Shown here: in pieces, positions 28,801-38,403 of the stretch | Layout: each line of letters opens with the position of its first letter | How positions within the stretch are numbered: position 1 is the first letter of the stretch | Source of the DNA: a virus | IMG/VR virus record: IMGVR_UViG_3300016665_000619 | Span: 1-64,000 of that record | DNA length: 64,000 nucleotides | Direction: 5' to 3' (one strand) | Program-made: the position numbers and the translations under genes | The notes under the pieces: generated by a model | The model's input: the letters and a program-made list of their open reading frames with translations, nothing else | What the model was told of the DNA's origin: nothing | The model's database searches: none

Positions 28801-29801
28801 TGCAAATATTTTCTTATTTATCAAAGATTGCATCAAGTGGTTCTATCCTTGCTTGGGATGGAACCAAGATTGTTGCCTCCAAGGGTATTGTTCATAACTC
28901 AGAAAAGGATGAGACGACCATTGGTGGCTCTTTATCCGTAGGCAATATTGTAAAAGCTTCTGGAGGCTTCCAAGGCTCATTAACAAAATTAACTGACGGT
29001 TCTCCTTATATAGTAGCAGGAGACAATGTAACAGTTACTACAAGTTCAGCAGGTAGTTTGCATATATCTGCCGAAACCTCAAGCCCTGTTATTTGGAAAT
29101 GGAACGAAAAAGACACGTCCCAATTTAATATAAGTTGCGATACAATCGGAACCGGCTCTATTGGAGTCGTCAATTCTTCTTGGGGCAAAATCTTAAGAGT
29201 TGATTTTAAACAAAAAACAAATTCTGGAGTTTTTATAATCAATATCAATGATATTGGCATTCCATTGGATGATCAAAACAGATTCAGATATTTGTTAAGA
29301 TTTAGACTTTGCAACTTCTCTGGAATAGCAAGAGAATGGAACGGCATAGGAGCTTCATTCCTTTCTAATGACGAATCCGATGAAGACTATTATGGATTGG
29401 GAAATGTTTGTTTCTTTGGAAATCAAAACGTAAAGGCAATCAAGGTTGAGGCTGGTCAAGTAAAATATGGTAGTAATAATCCTCCAGGTCCAAAAGTTCC
29501 TCTTATTTCTCAATACGGAAGACCAATAACAAATTTTGAATTTGAAGTTTGTTCTTTGTTAACACGCAAATCAATTGGTTTCCAAAACTCTTGGACCGTA
29601 AGAAATTCTCTAAATACAAATGCTGGTTCTTGTGGAGTTGATGATACGTATTATACTTCAGAATTTGGTCCATTTAGAGGAGAGTGGGCACAGCAAGATT
29701 TAGGTTCATGTGGTATTGTTATCTTCGCTGGAGAAGGAACAAGTCAAGCACATTTTGATATTGATAATATTGAAGTTATTAAGCATCCGATGGATTGGTG
29801 A
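28800..29801 (+). CDS. putative fibre-associated structural protein
   Basis: TGATG coupling; shares the GSLTKL.DG..Y..AG module with the upstream gene. Confidence 0.7.
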   Translation: MQIFSYLSKIASSGSILAWDGTKIVASKGIVHNSEKDETTIGGSLSVGNIVKASGGFQGSLTKLTDGSPYIVAGDNVTVTTSSAGSLHISAETSSPVIWKWNEKDTSQFNISCDTIGTGSIGVVNSSWGKILRVDFKQKTNSGVFIININDIGIPLDDQNRFRYLLRFRLCNFSGIAREWNGIGASFLSNDESDEDYYGLGNVCFFGNQNVKAIKVEAGQVKYGSNNPPGPKVPLISQYGRPITNFEFEVCSLLTRKSIGFQNSWTVRNSLNTNAGSCGVDDTYYTSEFGPFRGEWAQQDLGSCGIVIFAGEGTSQAHFDIDNIEVIKHPMDW

Positions 29802-29805
29802 TTAA

Positions 29806-30804
29806 ATGTCTTTCGTTGGTAAACCACATATTAGCGGCGCCGTCTTTGTTTGGGACGGCGATAAGCTTTTAGCCGATAGAAAGGTTATTAACCTACAAAA
29901 TGCCTATGACAATGAGAGATTTGTTCAGTTGGCTGACACCATTTGCTTCATTGGCGACCCTCTCATTTCAGAGCCTAAACTTGATTTAGTTCATACTTCT
30001 CCATTTGAAGATGACGAAGGTTTAAGATTAACAACAAGTGAAACGGCTGGTGCAACTTGCTGGAAGCCAATCGTTGCTTACGATAAAAATGGCAACAAAG
30101 TTTTTGAAGTTGAAACCGATACAAATTCTTCAATTGTTGCAGTTAAATCAACAGATGTTGATGGTTATAGCGGTTATCAGTTCTTAAATGAAATAGGAAC
30201 ATTTTTAGCGTTAGATACCACTTCATCGCCTACCAGTTTAAGAATACAGAAAGCTGGTGAAGGCTATATAGATTTTGGTGGAAGTGCATATTCATCTCCA
30301 ATATTGAGAATAGATACAAATAATACAGAACCGGCAGTCAACATAGGCAATTCAAATTCCAACAATATGTTAATTGTAAATGGCATTGATATAACGCCAT
30401 ACAGTTCAAAAATCATTATACCTATTGCTTCTGTTCAAAATCATGCTCTTTTTGATATTGCATCATTTCTTGACAATGATCAATATGCAACAGTTAATAT
30501 TGACGTTCTTGCAAGCACAAATGATTTACAGCAGAATGACAAAAGAGCATTTAGTGCATGGAAGTTTTTCATTTCTTTATTTAAACAATCTGATGCCATA
30601 ACAGTTGTTAGTATTACTGAGTTAGACCAAAAAACTTTCTCTGGAGAAACTGCTACTGATGATCCTACTTCTTGGGACGTTAATATAACTTCTGACGGTA
30701 TTTTGTTTGCATATGGCAATGGTTCACAGCATAAAATTGCGTTTGCTGCCACAATTATAAAGATTTCTGTCATTGATATTCTTACCGGAAATATTATCAA
30801 ATAA
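29806..30804 (+). CDS. putative fibre-associated structural protein
   Basis: Shares WDG.K..A and LQ.AYD modules and a C-terminal domain with its neighbours. Confidence 0.7.
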   Translation: MSFVGKPHISGAVFVWDGDKLLADRKVINLQNAYDNERFVQLADTICFIGDPLISEPKLDLVHTSPFEDDEGLRLTTSETAGATCWKPIVAYDKNGNKVFEVETDTNSSIVAVKSTDVDGYSGYQFLNEIGTFLALDTTSSPTSLRIQKAGEGYIDFGGSAYSSPILRIDTNNTEPAVNIGNSNSNNMLIVNGIDITPYSSKIIIPIASVQNHALFDIASFLDNDQYATVNIDVLASTNDLQQNDKRAFSAWKFFISLFKQSDAITVVSITELDQKTFSGETATDDPTSWDVNITSDGILFAYGNGSQHKIAFAATIIKISVIDILTGNIIK

Positions 30805-30841
30805 TATACATAGAATATCTGGATATTCCTGTTTAGGAAAT

Positions 30842-30931
30842 ATAATTATAATCGGGGTTCTCCTTACTTGGACTGAGATGGTTTCTTTCCAGTAAGGCAC
30901 AGAACTATCCAAAACAGGAGAATAATAATAT
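30842..30931 (+). promoter_or_regulatory. structured 5' leader of the long fibre gene
   Basis: GTTCT/CCTTAC(T)TGGA ... TCCAGTAAGG/AGAAC hairpin at 30857-30905, then CAGGAG RBS. Confidence 0.45.
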
Positions 30932-33900
30932 ATGTCAGTAATTAACACATCCGATATTTGGGGCTTTACGTCTCTAAATTACGGCTCAAACGGCTACAAT
31001 GCAACTACACCTAACTCTGCAACTAATGCAGGTTACGTAAATCAAACACAATTAGTTGTTGTTTTGAATAGTGGCGTAACTGCGGCTGGAGTTGGTGTCG
31101 CTATCGGCGATTCTTTAGATATCGTCAGCGGCGCAAATAACCTAGTAGCGCAAATTATCGATATCGGTGTAACCGGTAGCGGTCTTGTTGTTCTTTGGTT
31201 AGAATTAACACCTGCTGATGCTTCATCATTAAACGTTCCTTTGAGCACAAATAATACTTTCAACATTGTCCCAGCAGGACAAGGCGGCGGAGCCTCCGTT
31301 GTAACCAAGAAGTTCGTTCAACAAAATGACGGAAATCTCGGCGGCAGCTTAACAGACCTCGTTGCAGATTCTATTCTTGTCAATGCTTCTGGCAGCATTG
31401 ACATGGGTGGAAATCAAATCCACAACGTTGCAGAAGGTGTTGCACCTTCCGACGTAGTAGTCGTTTCTCAATTGGAAGCTTACGTTGCTGCTGAAATTTC
31501 GGCCGCAGACTCCGTAAACGACGCTGAAGTATCTGCTCTCGGAAGCAGAATGGATGACGCCGAAGCTGCTATTGACAATGAAGCATCTATTCGTCTTGCC
31601 GCTGATCAATCTCTTGAATCTGCTCTCTCTACAGAAGTAGCAGCTCGTGAAGCAGCAGTCTCCTCCGAGGCTTCCCTTCGTGAAGTAGCAGTCGCTTCTG
31701 TTGTAACAGTAATGGATGCAGCAGACGCTTCTCTCGCTGCTCTCATTTCTACAGAGGTTGTTGATCGTGCAGCAGCAGTTTCCACAGAAGCTTCCCTCCG
31801 TGTATCAGCAGTTGAATCTCTTGCATCAGTAGTTTCTACAGCAGATGCTTCCCTTGCTTCCGATCTCTCAACAGAGGTTGCAGCACGTGAAGCAGCAGTT
31901 TCTACAGAAGCTTCTCTTCGTGTAGCAGGCGATGCATCCGTTCTCGCAGCAGCAGAAGGATACACCGACCAAAAAATTGCTGACCTTGTTGATCAAGCCC
32001 CAGAACTCCTTGATACTCTCAATGAACTTGCTGCGGCTCTTGGCGACGATCCAAACTTCGCCACAACAGTTCTAAATGCAATCGCTTCCGAAGCCTCTCT
32101 TCGTGAAGCTGGCGATGCTTCTGTTATCGCTGTAATGGAAGCGGCAGACTCTGCTGAAGCTTCTCTCCGTGCGGCTGGTGATGCTTCCCTTGCATCAGCA
32201 TACTCTACAGCAGACGCATCTCTTGCAGCACTTATTTCTACAGAAGTAGCAGCTCGTGAAACCGCAGTTTCCAATGAAGCGTCACTTCGTGCCGCAGCAG
32301 ATGCTTCTATCGTAACTGTAATGGAGGCAGCAGACTCTGCCGAAGCTTCTCTTCGTGCAGCAGCAGACGAGTCCCTTACATCAGTTATTTCCTCTGAAGC
32401 TTCCAGAGCACTTGCTGCTGAAACCTCTCTTAACTCTGCACTTACTTCCGAAATCTCCAGAGCACAATCTGCTGAAATTTCTTACTATAATGCTGCTACT
32501 GATTATGCAGCATTGCTTTTCTCTGGAGAAGCTTCCTCTCGTGTAGCTGGTGATGAATCTCTTACAACACGTCTTGAAACAGAAGAATCAAATCGTCTTG
32601 CAAATGATCAATCTCTTGCAGCACTTATCTCTGCTGAAGTTTCTAATCGTGCAGCAGACGTAGACGCAGAACAATCAAGAGCAGAATCTGCTGAACTTTC
32701 TCTTACAACAAGACTCGCAGCAGAAGAATCTGCTCGTGCATCAGCAGTAACCGCTGAAGAATCAGCTCGTGTTGCAGGCGACTCCACTCTTCAAGTAGCT
32801 ATCGATGGAGAAGCTTCAACCCGTCTTGCAGCAGATCAATCCCTTGCTTCTGACCTTTCCTCTGAGACTTCTGCACGTGTTGCAGCAGTAGCAGCAGAAG
32901 AATCAGCTCGCATTGCAGGAGACGATTCTCTTACAACAAGACTTTCAACAGAAGAATCTGTTCGTGGTTCTGCAATCACAGCAGAAGCTTCTACACGTCT
33001 TGCTGCTGATCAATCTCTCAATACAGCACTTGAAGCTGAAATATCAGCACGTGCTTCAGAAATACTCGCTCTTGGCGACGTATATGTCAACGTTTCCGGC
33101 GATACAATGACCGGACAACTTACCCTTGACATCGTAGATGATCCAGACCTTGGTAAGACATACATCAACGCAGGCTACATCCGTATTGAAGATCCAAACG
33201 GTGGCGCAGCAATGCCAACAGCTCTTGCACACGTTGCAACAAAGGCATATGTTGATCAAGAAGTAGCATCAGAAGCTTCTCTTCGTCTTGTCGGCGACGA
33301 GTCTCTTGAAACTGAGCTTTCTACACAAATGTCTACAGAAGTATCTAACCGTATTGCCGGTGATGAATCTGTAGCTTCTGATCTCTCTGCATACATGACT
33401 TCTGAAACTTCAGAACGTATTGCAGGTGATTCTTCTCTTACAGTAGCACTTGCAGGCGTATACTCAATGCAAGTTGTCGCAGACAACTCTCTTGCTTCCT
33501 CCATTGCAGCCGAACAATCTTCTCGTGAAGTTGCAGTTGATTCACTCTGGTCCGGACTTAGCACCGAAACCGGAGCACGTGAAACCGCTGACGCTTCTCT
33601 TGCAGCAGTAATCAGCTTCATCACATCAAACGTAGATCCAGCATCTATTGACTCTCTTACAGAGATCGTTGCTGCATTTGAAGCTGCCGATAGCACCATC
33701 AATGGCGCTATTACAGCTCTTGCATCATCAAATGCTGCTGCAATCTCCTCTGAAGCATCCCGTGCAACCGCAGCGGAAGAGTCTCTTAATACAGCTCTCT
33801 CTGCTGAAATCGTTGCTCGTGCTTCTGATGTAGATGCAGAAGAGTCCCGTGCTACAGCAGCCGAAGGTTCTCTTGCAACACTTATCTCTTCTGAAGAATC

Positions 33901-35311
33901 AGCACGCATTGCTGGAGACTCTTCTCTAACAGTTCGTCTTGCAGCAGAAGAATCTACCCGCCTTGCTGGTGACAACTCTCTTGCAGCAGAACTTTCTACA
34001 CAAATGTCTTCCGAGACATCTTCACGTGTAGCTGGTGATGCATCCGTAGCTGCTGCACTTTCTGCTGAAGTTTCCAGAGCAGAAGCTGCTGAAGATTATC
34101 TTGATGGTCTAATCGCTGCTGAAACACAAAATCGCATTGACGGAGACAACTCTCTCGAGACAGCAATCTCTACAGAGCAAAACCGTGCAGAAACAGCAGA
34201 AATGTCTCTTGCAACAGCAATCTCCGCAGAAGCATCCGCACGCATTGTTGATGTAGACGCAGAAGAATCTCGTGCAATGGCAGCAGAAGCTTCTATCGCA
34301 GCAAATCTCTCCACAGAGATTGTTGATCGTGTAGCAGCAGTATCTGGCGAAGCATCCCTTCGCACAGCCGCTGACGCTTCCCTTGCAGCTCTTATCTCTA
34401 CCGAAACATCTGCACGTATTGCAGACGTTGACGCAGAAGAATCCAGAGCAATGGTTGCAGAGGCTTCTCTTGGAACAGCAATCTCTGCTGAAGCTTCCAC
34501 ACGCCTTGCAGCAGATGATTCTCTTGCAGTTCGTGCAACCGATCTTGAAAACAACAAGTATGACAAGACCGGCGGTCTAATCTCCGGAAACGTTTGGGTT
34601 TCTAATGACGTAAACGTCTCTGGTTCTGTTAACGTTGCAGGTGGACTTGGTGTAGCTGATTACACAGCACTTCCAGGTGCTACATTTGATCCAGCAGGCG
34701 ATATCGTCTTCTCACCAGTCAACGAATCAATGACAATCAACGTTGCACAAGGCGGATTGACAGTCAATGGTCCAATGAGTGCTGGAGATGTTAGCTTTGG
34801 TAACATTATTGGCAGTGGCGATGTTACTGTTGTCGGAACCGGTTCATTCGGTCAAGGCGTATTCTCAAATGCTTCTATTGGCGATAATCTTGATGTTGGA
34901 GCAAGCCTCAAGGTTGGTCCAAATCAACTTGAACTAGTTCCAGTAGCTACAGTTGTTGAAACTGCTGGTGCTAATGACAGCTTTGATTTTGATGGAATGT
35001 TCGGTGATCTCTCTGGCTTCACCGGCATGGTCATGGCTAACTTCCAAGTTGTTGCAATGGACAGCGAAGATGTTGGTGCAGGTATGACTGGTGAATACCG
35101 TGTATCAGCATTCTGCAATGGCGGTCTTATGACTGTCCTCTCCGTAGTAGAACTTGCACAAGACCTACTCGGTGGCGCAGACCTCGATGTTAACTTCCTT
35201 ACTGACGGTAAGGTAAGAGTAGCAAATGGCGCAAACGAAGCTGGCACATACAAGTGGCACCTTCAACGTGTCAAGATGGTCGCTGTCAACGCCCAAGGCG
35301 CTGTTAAGTGA
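30932..35311 (+). CDS. long coiled-coil fibre protein (1459 aa)
   Basis: ~1000 aa of E.S.R.A.D.SL 11/18-residue repeats; APELLDTLNELAAALGDDPNFATT phage fibre motif; ATKAYVD. Confidence 0.85.
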   Translation: MSVINTSDIWGFTSLNYGSNGYNATTPNSATNAGYVNQTQLVVVLNSGVTAAGVGVAIGDSLDIVSGANNLVAQIIDIGVTGSGLVVLWLELTPADASSLNVPLSTNNTFNIVPAGQGGGASVVTKKFVQQNDGNLGGSLTDLVADSILVNASGSIDMGGNQIHNVAEGVAPSDVVVVSQLEAYVAAEISAADSVNDAEVSALGSRMDDAEAAIDNEASIRLAADQSLESALSTEVAAREAAVSSEASLREVAVASVVTVMDAADASLAALISTEVVDRAAAVSTEASLRVSAVESLASVVSTADASLASDLSTEVAAREAAVSTEASLRVAGDASVLAAAEGYTDQKIADLVDQAPELLDTLNELAAALGDDPNFATTVLNAIASEASLREAGDASVIAVMEAADSAEASLRAAGDASLASAYSTADASLAALISTEVAARETAVSNEASLRAAADASIVTVMEAADSAEASLRAAADESLTSVISSEASRALAAETSLNSALTSEISRAQSAEISYYNAATDYAALLFSGEASSRVAGDESLTTRLETEESNRLANDQSLAALISAEVSNRAADVDAEQSRAESAELSLTTRLAAEESARASAVTAEESARVAGDSTLQVAIDGEASTRLAADQSLASDLSSETSARVAAVAAEESARIAGDDSLTTRLSTEESVRGSAITAEASTRLAADQSLNTALEAEISARASEILALGDVYVNVSGDTMTGQLTLDIVDDPDLGKTYINAGYIRIEDPNGGAAMPTALAHVATKAYVDQEVASEASLRLVGDESLETELSTQMSTEVSNRIAGDESVASDLSAYMTSETSERIAGDSSLTVALAGVYSMQVVADNSLASSIAAEQSSREVAVDSLWSGLSTETGARETADASLAAVISFITSNVDPASIDSLTEIVAAFEAADSTINGAITALASSNAAAISSEASRATAAEESLNTALSAEIVARASDVDAEESRATAAEGSLATLISSEESARIAGDSSLTVRLAAEESTRLAGDNSLAAELSTQMSSETSSRVAGDASVAAALSAEVSRAEAAEDYLDGLIAAETQNRIDGDNSLETAISTEQNRAETAEMSLATAISAEASARIVDVDAEESRAMAAEASIAANLSTEIVDRVAAVSGEASLRTAADASLAALISTETSARIADVDAEESRAMVAEASLGTAISAEASTRLAADDSLAVRATDLENNKYDKTGGLISGNVWVSNDVNVSGSVNVAGGLGVADYTALPGATFDPAGDIVFSPVNESMTINVAQGGLTVNGPMSAGDVSFGNIIGSGDVTVVGTGSFGQGVFSNASIGDNLDVGASLKVGPNQLELVPVATVVETAGANDSFDFDGMFGDLSGFTGMVMANFQVVAMDSEDVGAGMTGEYRVSAFCNGGLMTVLSVVELAQDLLGGADLDVNFLTDGKVRVANGANEAGTYKWHLQRVKMVAVNAQGAVK

Positions 35312-35355
35312 TAATCCCGGCTATTAAGGTTAATCCTTAATAACTGAATAATCAG

Positions 35356-35390
35356 TATCGGGGGGTAGAAATACCCCCCGATATTTTTTT
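35356..35390 (+). terminator. intrinsic terminator
   Basis: TATCGGGGGGTA-GAAA-TACCCCCCGATA followed by T7. Confidence 0.9.
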
Positions 35391-35503
35391 GCTTACAATA
35401 TATTGTGTATAATGTTATAAAGTTAATCTATATGTGGTGGTGTGGAACCCTACCAATTAGAAGAGGGTATATAACCTAACTCCTATCCCGTATACCATAT
35501 GTC

Positions 35504-36682
35504 ATGGACAGACAAACGGTTAAAAACTTTATCCTCTCTAATGAGTTATTCCTTCTACCCCTACAATCCGTAAAGGACGGTCGTTGCACATGTAATAATC
35601 CCGCATGTAGTTCTCCAGGCAAGCATCCACTCTTAAAGTATTCATGGAAGCACGTAGCCACTAATGACCCACAAAAGATTGAAAAGTGGTTAGGTATGGA
35701 GAATATAAACTATGGTGTAGCTACTGGAAGAAAGACCAGTAATGGGAACCGATTGTTTGTTATTGATATAGACGCCGAAGATCATCCCCTATTACGTTTA
35801 ATGCCTTTAGAAACCTTCCATTATCGGACGGGTAGTGGTGGGTGGCATTTCTGGTTTCAGACGCCTTACAGCGTATCTAATAGCGCCAGTAAAGTAGCTC
35901 CACAGGTAGACGTGAGAGGATATGGAGGATATGTTGTTATCCCTCCCAGTCGTCATATCTCTGGCGGCGTATATACTGCTGACTTCGCAAATAACATACA
36001 GATTGCAAGCAAATATATTTTGGACTTGGTATTTTCTAAAGAGAAACGCACCAAGGAAGATAAAAAAATAAGGGAAGTTCAAAATTTAAATTTGGGCAAC
36101 CTTATTTCTTCCGAAGAAAATAAAAATCTACAAGAATGGACCAAGGGATCCATTACTCAGATACGTAAGTGGTTAGTTGAAGGTAAATATATTCCTAATG
36201 GCGCTCGTAACATAGTATTACACAGATTATTGTCATCAGATAGAGCCAAAGGTTTTAATCTTACAGAACTTAAAAAATCTGCTGCAATATATCGTTCTCA
36301 ATGTGTTAATGCAGATAACATTTCAGATAGAGAATTGACGGTATTAATTGGTCAAGTTATCAAATATCCAACTTATAACACTTCACATGAGAAAGTTAAT
36401 GAAGCTTTCTTTGATGCAATGAAGAGAGCAAAAAAACCTGTATCAGAAGACAAACAAGAACTTATAAAAGATTTGGATAGAAAGTTCTTTGATAGTCTTA
36501 AGAGAACCGACGAAGGAATGTCATTAACTTTGCTTATGGGAGAAAGAGACAAGCTGTTATCTACAAATCTGGATAAGTTCAGCAAATATCCAGCGCATTT
36601 GTTTGCAGCCAAGTTAAAGTCTCTTGGGTTTGAAAGATATAGAACAGCAAAAGGAAACTTTTGGAACTGTGTTATAATCTGA
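35504..36682 (+). CDS. bifunctional DNA primase/polymerase (Prim-Pol) with PriCT-like region
   Basis: CTC...C.SPGKHP, NYGVATG, VIDID, TGSGGWH, DVRGYGGYVVIPPSRH.SG..Y, G.RN..L. Confidence 0.9.
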   Translation: MDRQTVKNFILSNELFLLPLQSVKDGRCTCNNPACSSPGKHPLLKYSWKHVATNDPQKIEKWLGMENINYGVATGRKTSNGNRLFVIDIDAEDHPLLRLMPLETFHYRTGSGGWHFWFQTPYSVSNSASKVAPQVDVRGYGGYVVIPPSRHISGGVYTADFANNIQIASKYILDLVFSKEKRTKEDKKIREVQNLNLGNLISSEENKNLQEWTKGSITQIRKWLVEGKYIPNGARNIVLHRLLSSDRAKGFNLTELKKSAAIYRSQCVNADNISDRELTVLIGQVIKYPTYNTSHEKVNEAFFDAMKRAKKPVSEDKQELIKDLDRKFFDSLKRTDEGMSLTLLMGERDKLLSTNLDKFSKYPAHLFAAKLKSLGFERYRTAKGNFWNCVII

Positions 36683-36699
36683 ACCATATTTAAAAGGGT

Positions 36700-37491
36700 A
36701 TGTTTCATATTGACAAATACAGAAACTTTGTTTCCATGTTTAGTAGAAATTCTACTGGATTTTGGTTAGAGCCTGTTAATCCTGGTATAGTTGATGCAGG
36801 TTTAATATTGCATTATGATATTTCTGTATCTGCGTCATATGGCGGCTCTGGAGTTAATCTATTTGATCTTGAAGGTAGTAGCAATGCAACTCTTGTTAAT
36901 GCTCCAACGTATAGCGCCGACAATGGCGGTATATTAACTCTTAATGGTGTAGATGAAGGTATATATACAAACGCCTCATTAAACTCAAAGTTTCCAGGGG
37001 TTTCTCCTACTAAATCTGAAGCACAATCTACGTTTGTTTGGGTTAATCCAGTAACACAAGGAAATATAATTGTAGAGCGTGGTAATTCTGGTTTGAATGA
37101 TGTTGCATGGTTTAACAGCGATATTGACGTTGTTAATGTTGGAGGCGCCGCAGAATTTCGTTTATCTGCTTGGCAAGGTAATCTTGTTACAAGAGTTACT
37201 TCTTCACAAACTTTTAATAACTGGTATTATGTTGGATGGACTTATGATGGTTCGACATTAGTTGGATATGTTAATGGAGTTTCAGTTGGATCGGTTGCTA
37301 TTAATAGAATTGCGCCATACAACGTTGGTGAAAATTTATTTTTCTCAATAGGCTCTTCAACTGCAACAAATATGGGAGTTGGTTCATATTGTAATATGAA
37401 GTTTGGCGCTTTCCATGTTTATAGCGTAGCTTTATCTGGGTCGCAGGTATTACAAAATTATAATGCAGCCCGCACACGTTTTGGTTTATAA
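36700..37491 (+). CDS. LamG/concanavalin A-like domain protein
   Basis: GLILHYD, NATLVN, WYYVGWTYDG...YVNG, Y..ALS..QVLQNYNA. Confidence 0.85.
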   Translation: MFHIDKYRNFVSMFSRNSTGFWLEPVNPGIVDAGLILHYDISVSASYGGSGVNLFDLEGSSNATLVNAPTYSADNGGILTLNGVDEGIYTNASLNSKFPGVSPTKSEAQSTFVWVNPVTQGNIIVERGNSGLNDVAWFNSDIDVVNVGGAAEFRLSAWQGNLVTRVTSSQTFNNWYYVGWTYDGSTLVGYVNGVSVGSVAINRIAPYNVGENLFFSIGSSTATNMGVGSYCNMKFGAFHVYSVALSGSQVLQNYNAARTRFGL

Positions 37492-37508
37492 ATCAACAAA
37501 ATAAATAG

Positions 37509-37537
37509 TTTAAAATGGGTTAATAACTTGATATAGT
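37509..37537 (+). promoter_or_regulatory. sigma70-like promoter (extended -10)
   Basis: TTTAAA, 17-nt spacer ending TGa, then TATAGT. Confidence 0.6.
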
Positions 37538-37562
37538 AGTTGTAAAGGAAAAGGTATCAGTT

Positions 37563-38186
37563 ATGACGATGAAGATGGACCGTGAGATTACTATCAAGCG
37601 TAGAAAGCATCCTTCTGCCCCACGTTATCCCGGTCGTGCAAATCAGGAACTTGGTTCTGCTATAACAAAGCTTCTATCTCTACTTGATATGGTAGAGCGA
37701 GAGCAGTTTGCAGATCGTTGCCTTGTTCTTGATGAAGAGGGCACCGCAGCAGATTTTGATGCAGTCTTGGAGGGCGATACTATTGGTATTGCTTTGGAGT
37801 TTGAAGATGGATATCTTTCTACCCAGCTAAAGGTAGACAGGGTTCTTGATGATGTTATCTACGGTAAGGATATCTTTACCGAGGATGATCTTGAAGTAAG
37901 TTTTGAAGAAGCTTCTGCTGCCCGTGCAATGGGTTATTTTGAGATTCTTTATCGTCCTGATGCAGAGGGTAAGGATGAACCTTATGGAGTTGAAACGGAA
38001 ATGAAGGTAAAGATTATGGTTGAGGAACAGGATCCTGGCGACGAACACAAGGAAGAGGTGTCTACAACGCCCGAGGGCTTGCCGGATAATATTGAGTCGG
38101 TCATTGGTGCATCTACAGATCCGGAGGCTCTAAAGGCGCTTCTGGAGGCACAGAACAACGAATCAGACAATGATGATGGAGCATAA
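37563..38186 (+). CDS. acidic hypothetical protein
   Basis: 207 aa ORF after a promoter and RBS. Confidence 0.75.
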   Translation: MTMKMDREITIKRRKHPSAPRYPGRANQELGSAITKLLSLLDMVEREQFADRCLVLDEEGTAADFDAVLEGDTIGIALEFEDGYLSTQLKVDRVLDDVIYGKDIFTEDDLEVSFEEASAARAMGYFEILYRPDAEGKDEPYGVETEMKVKIMVEEQDPGDEHKEEVSTTPEGLPDNIESVIGASTDPEALKALLEAQNNESDNDDGA

Positions 38187-38208
38187 TTAATCTCTTTACG
38201 AGGTTAAT

Positions 38209-38403
38209 ATGACACCAATAGAAAGATTCAGAGAGTCCGCAAAAAAATTTATTCGTTCTAACAAAGATAAAGAAGCAATCTATCAATATTCGGTTGCTGT
38301 TTGGACCGCTACTATTCCCGGTAGTGGTCTTTCTTTTATGGACATTTTTGATGTTTTAGACGAAGAATTTGATAAGCATCTTAAAGAAGGAAAAGAAAGT
38401 TGA
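38209..38403 (+). CDS. hypothetical protein
   Basis: GAGG RBS; overlaps the next gene. Confidence 0.65.
   Translation: MTPIERFRESAKKFIRSNKDKEAIYQYSVAVWTATIPGSGLSFMDIFDVLDEEFDKHLKEGKES

Noticed and set aside
31349-35253. Several long minus-strand ORFs
   Set aside because: Antisense artefacts of the biased codons in the repeat fibre gene
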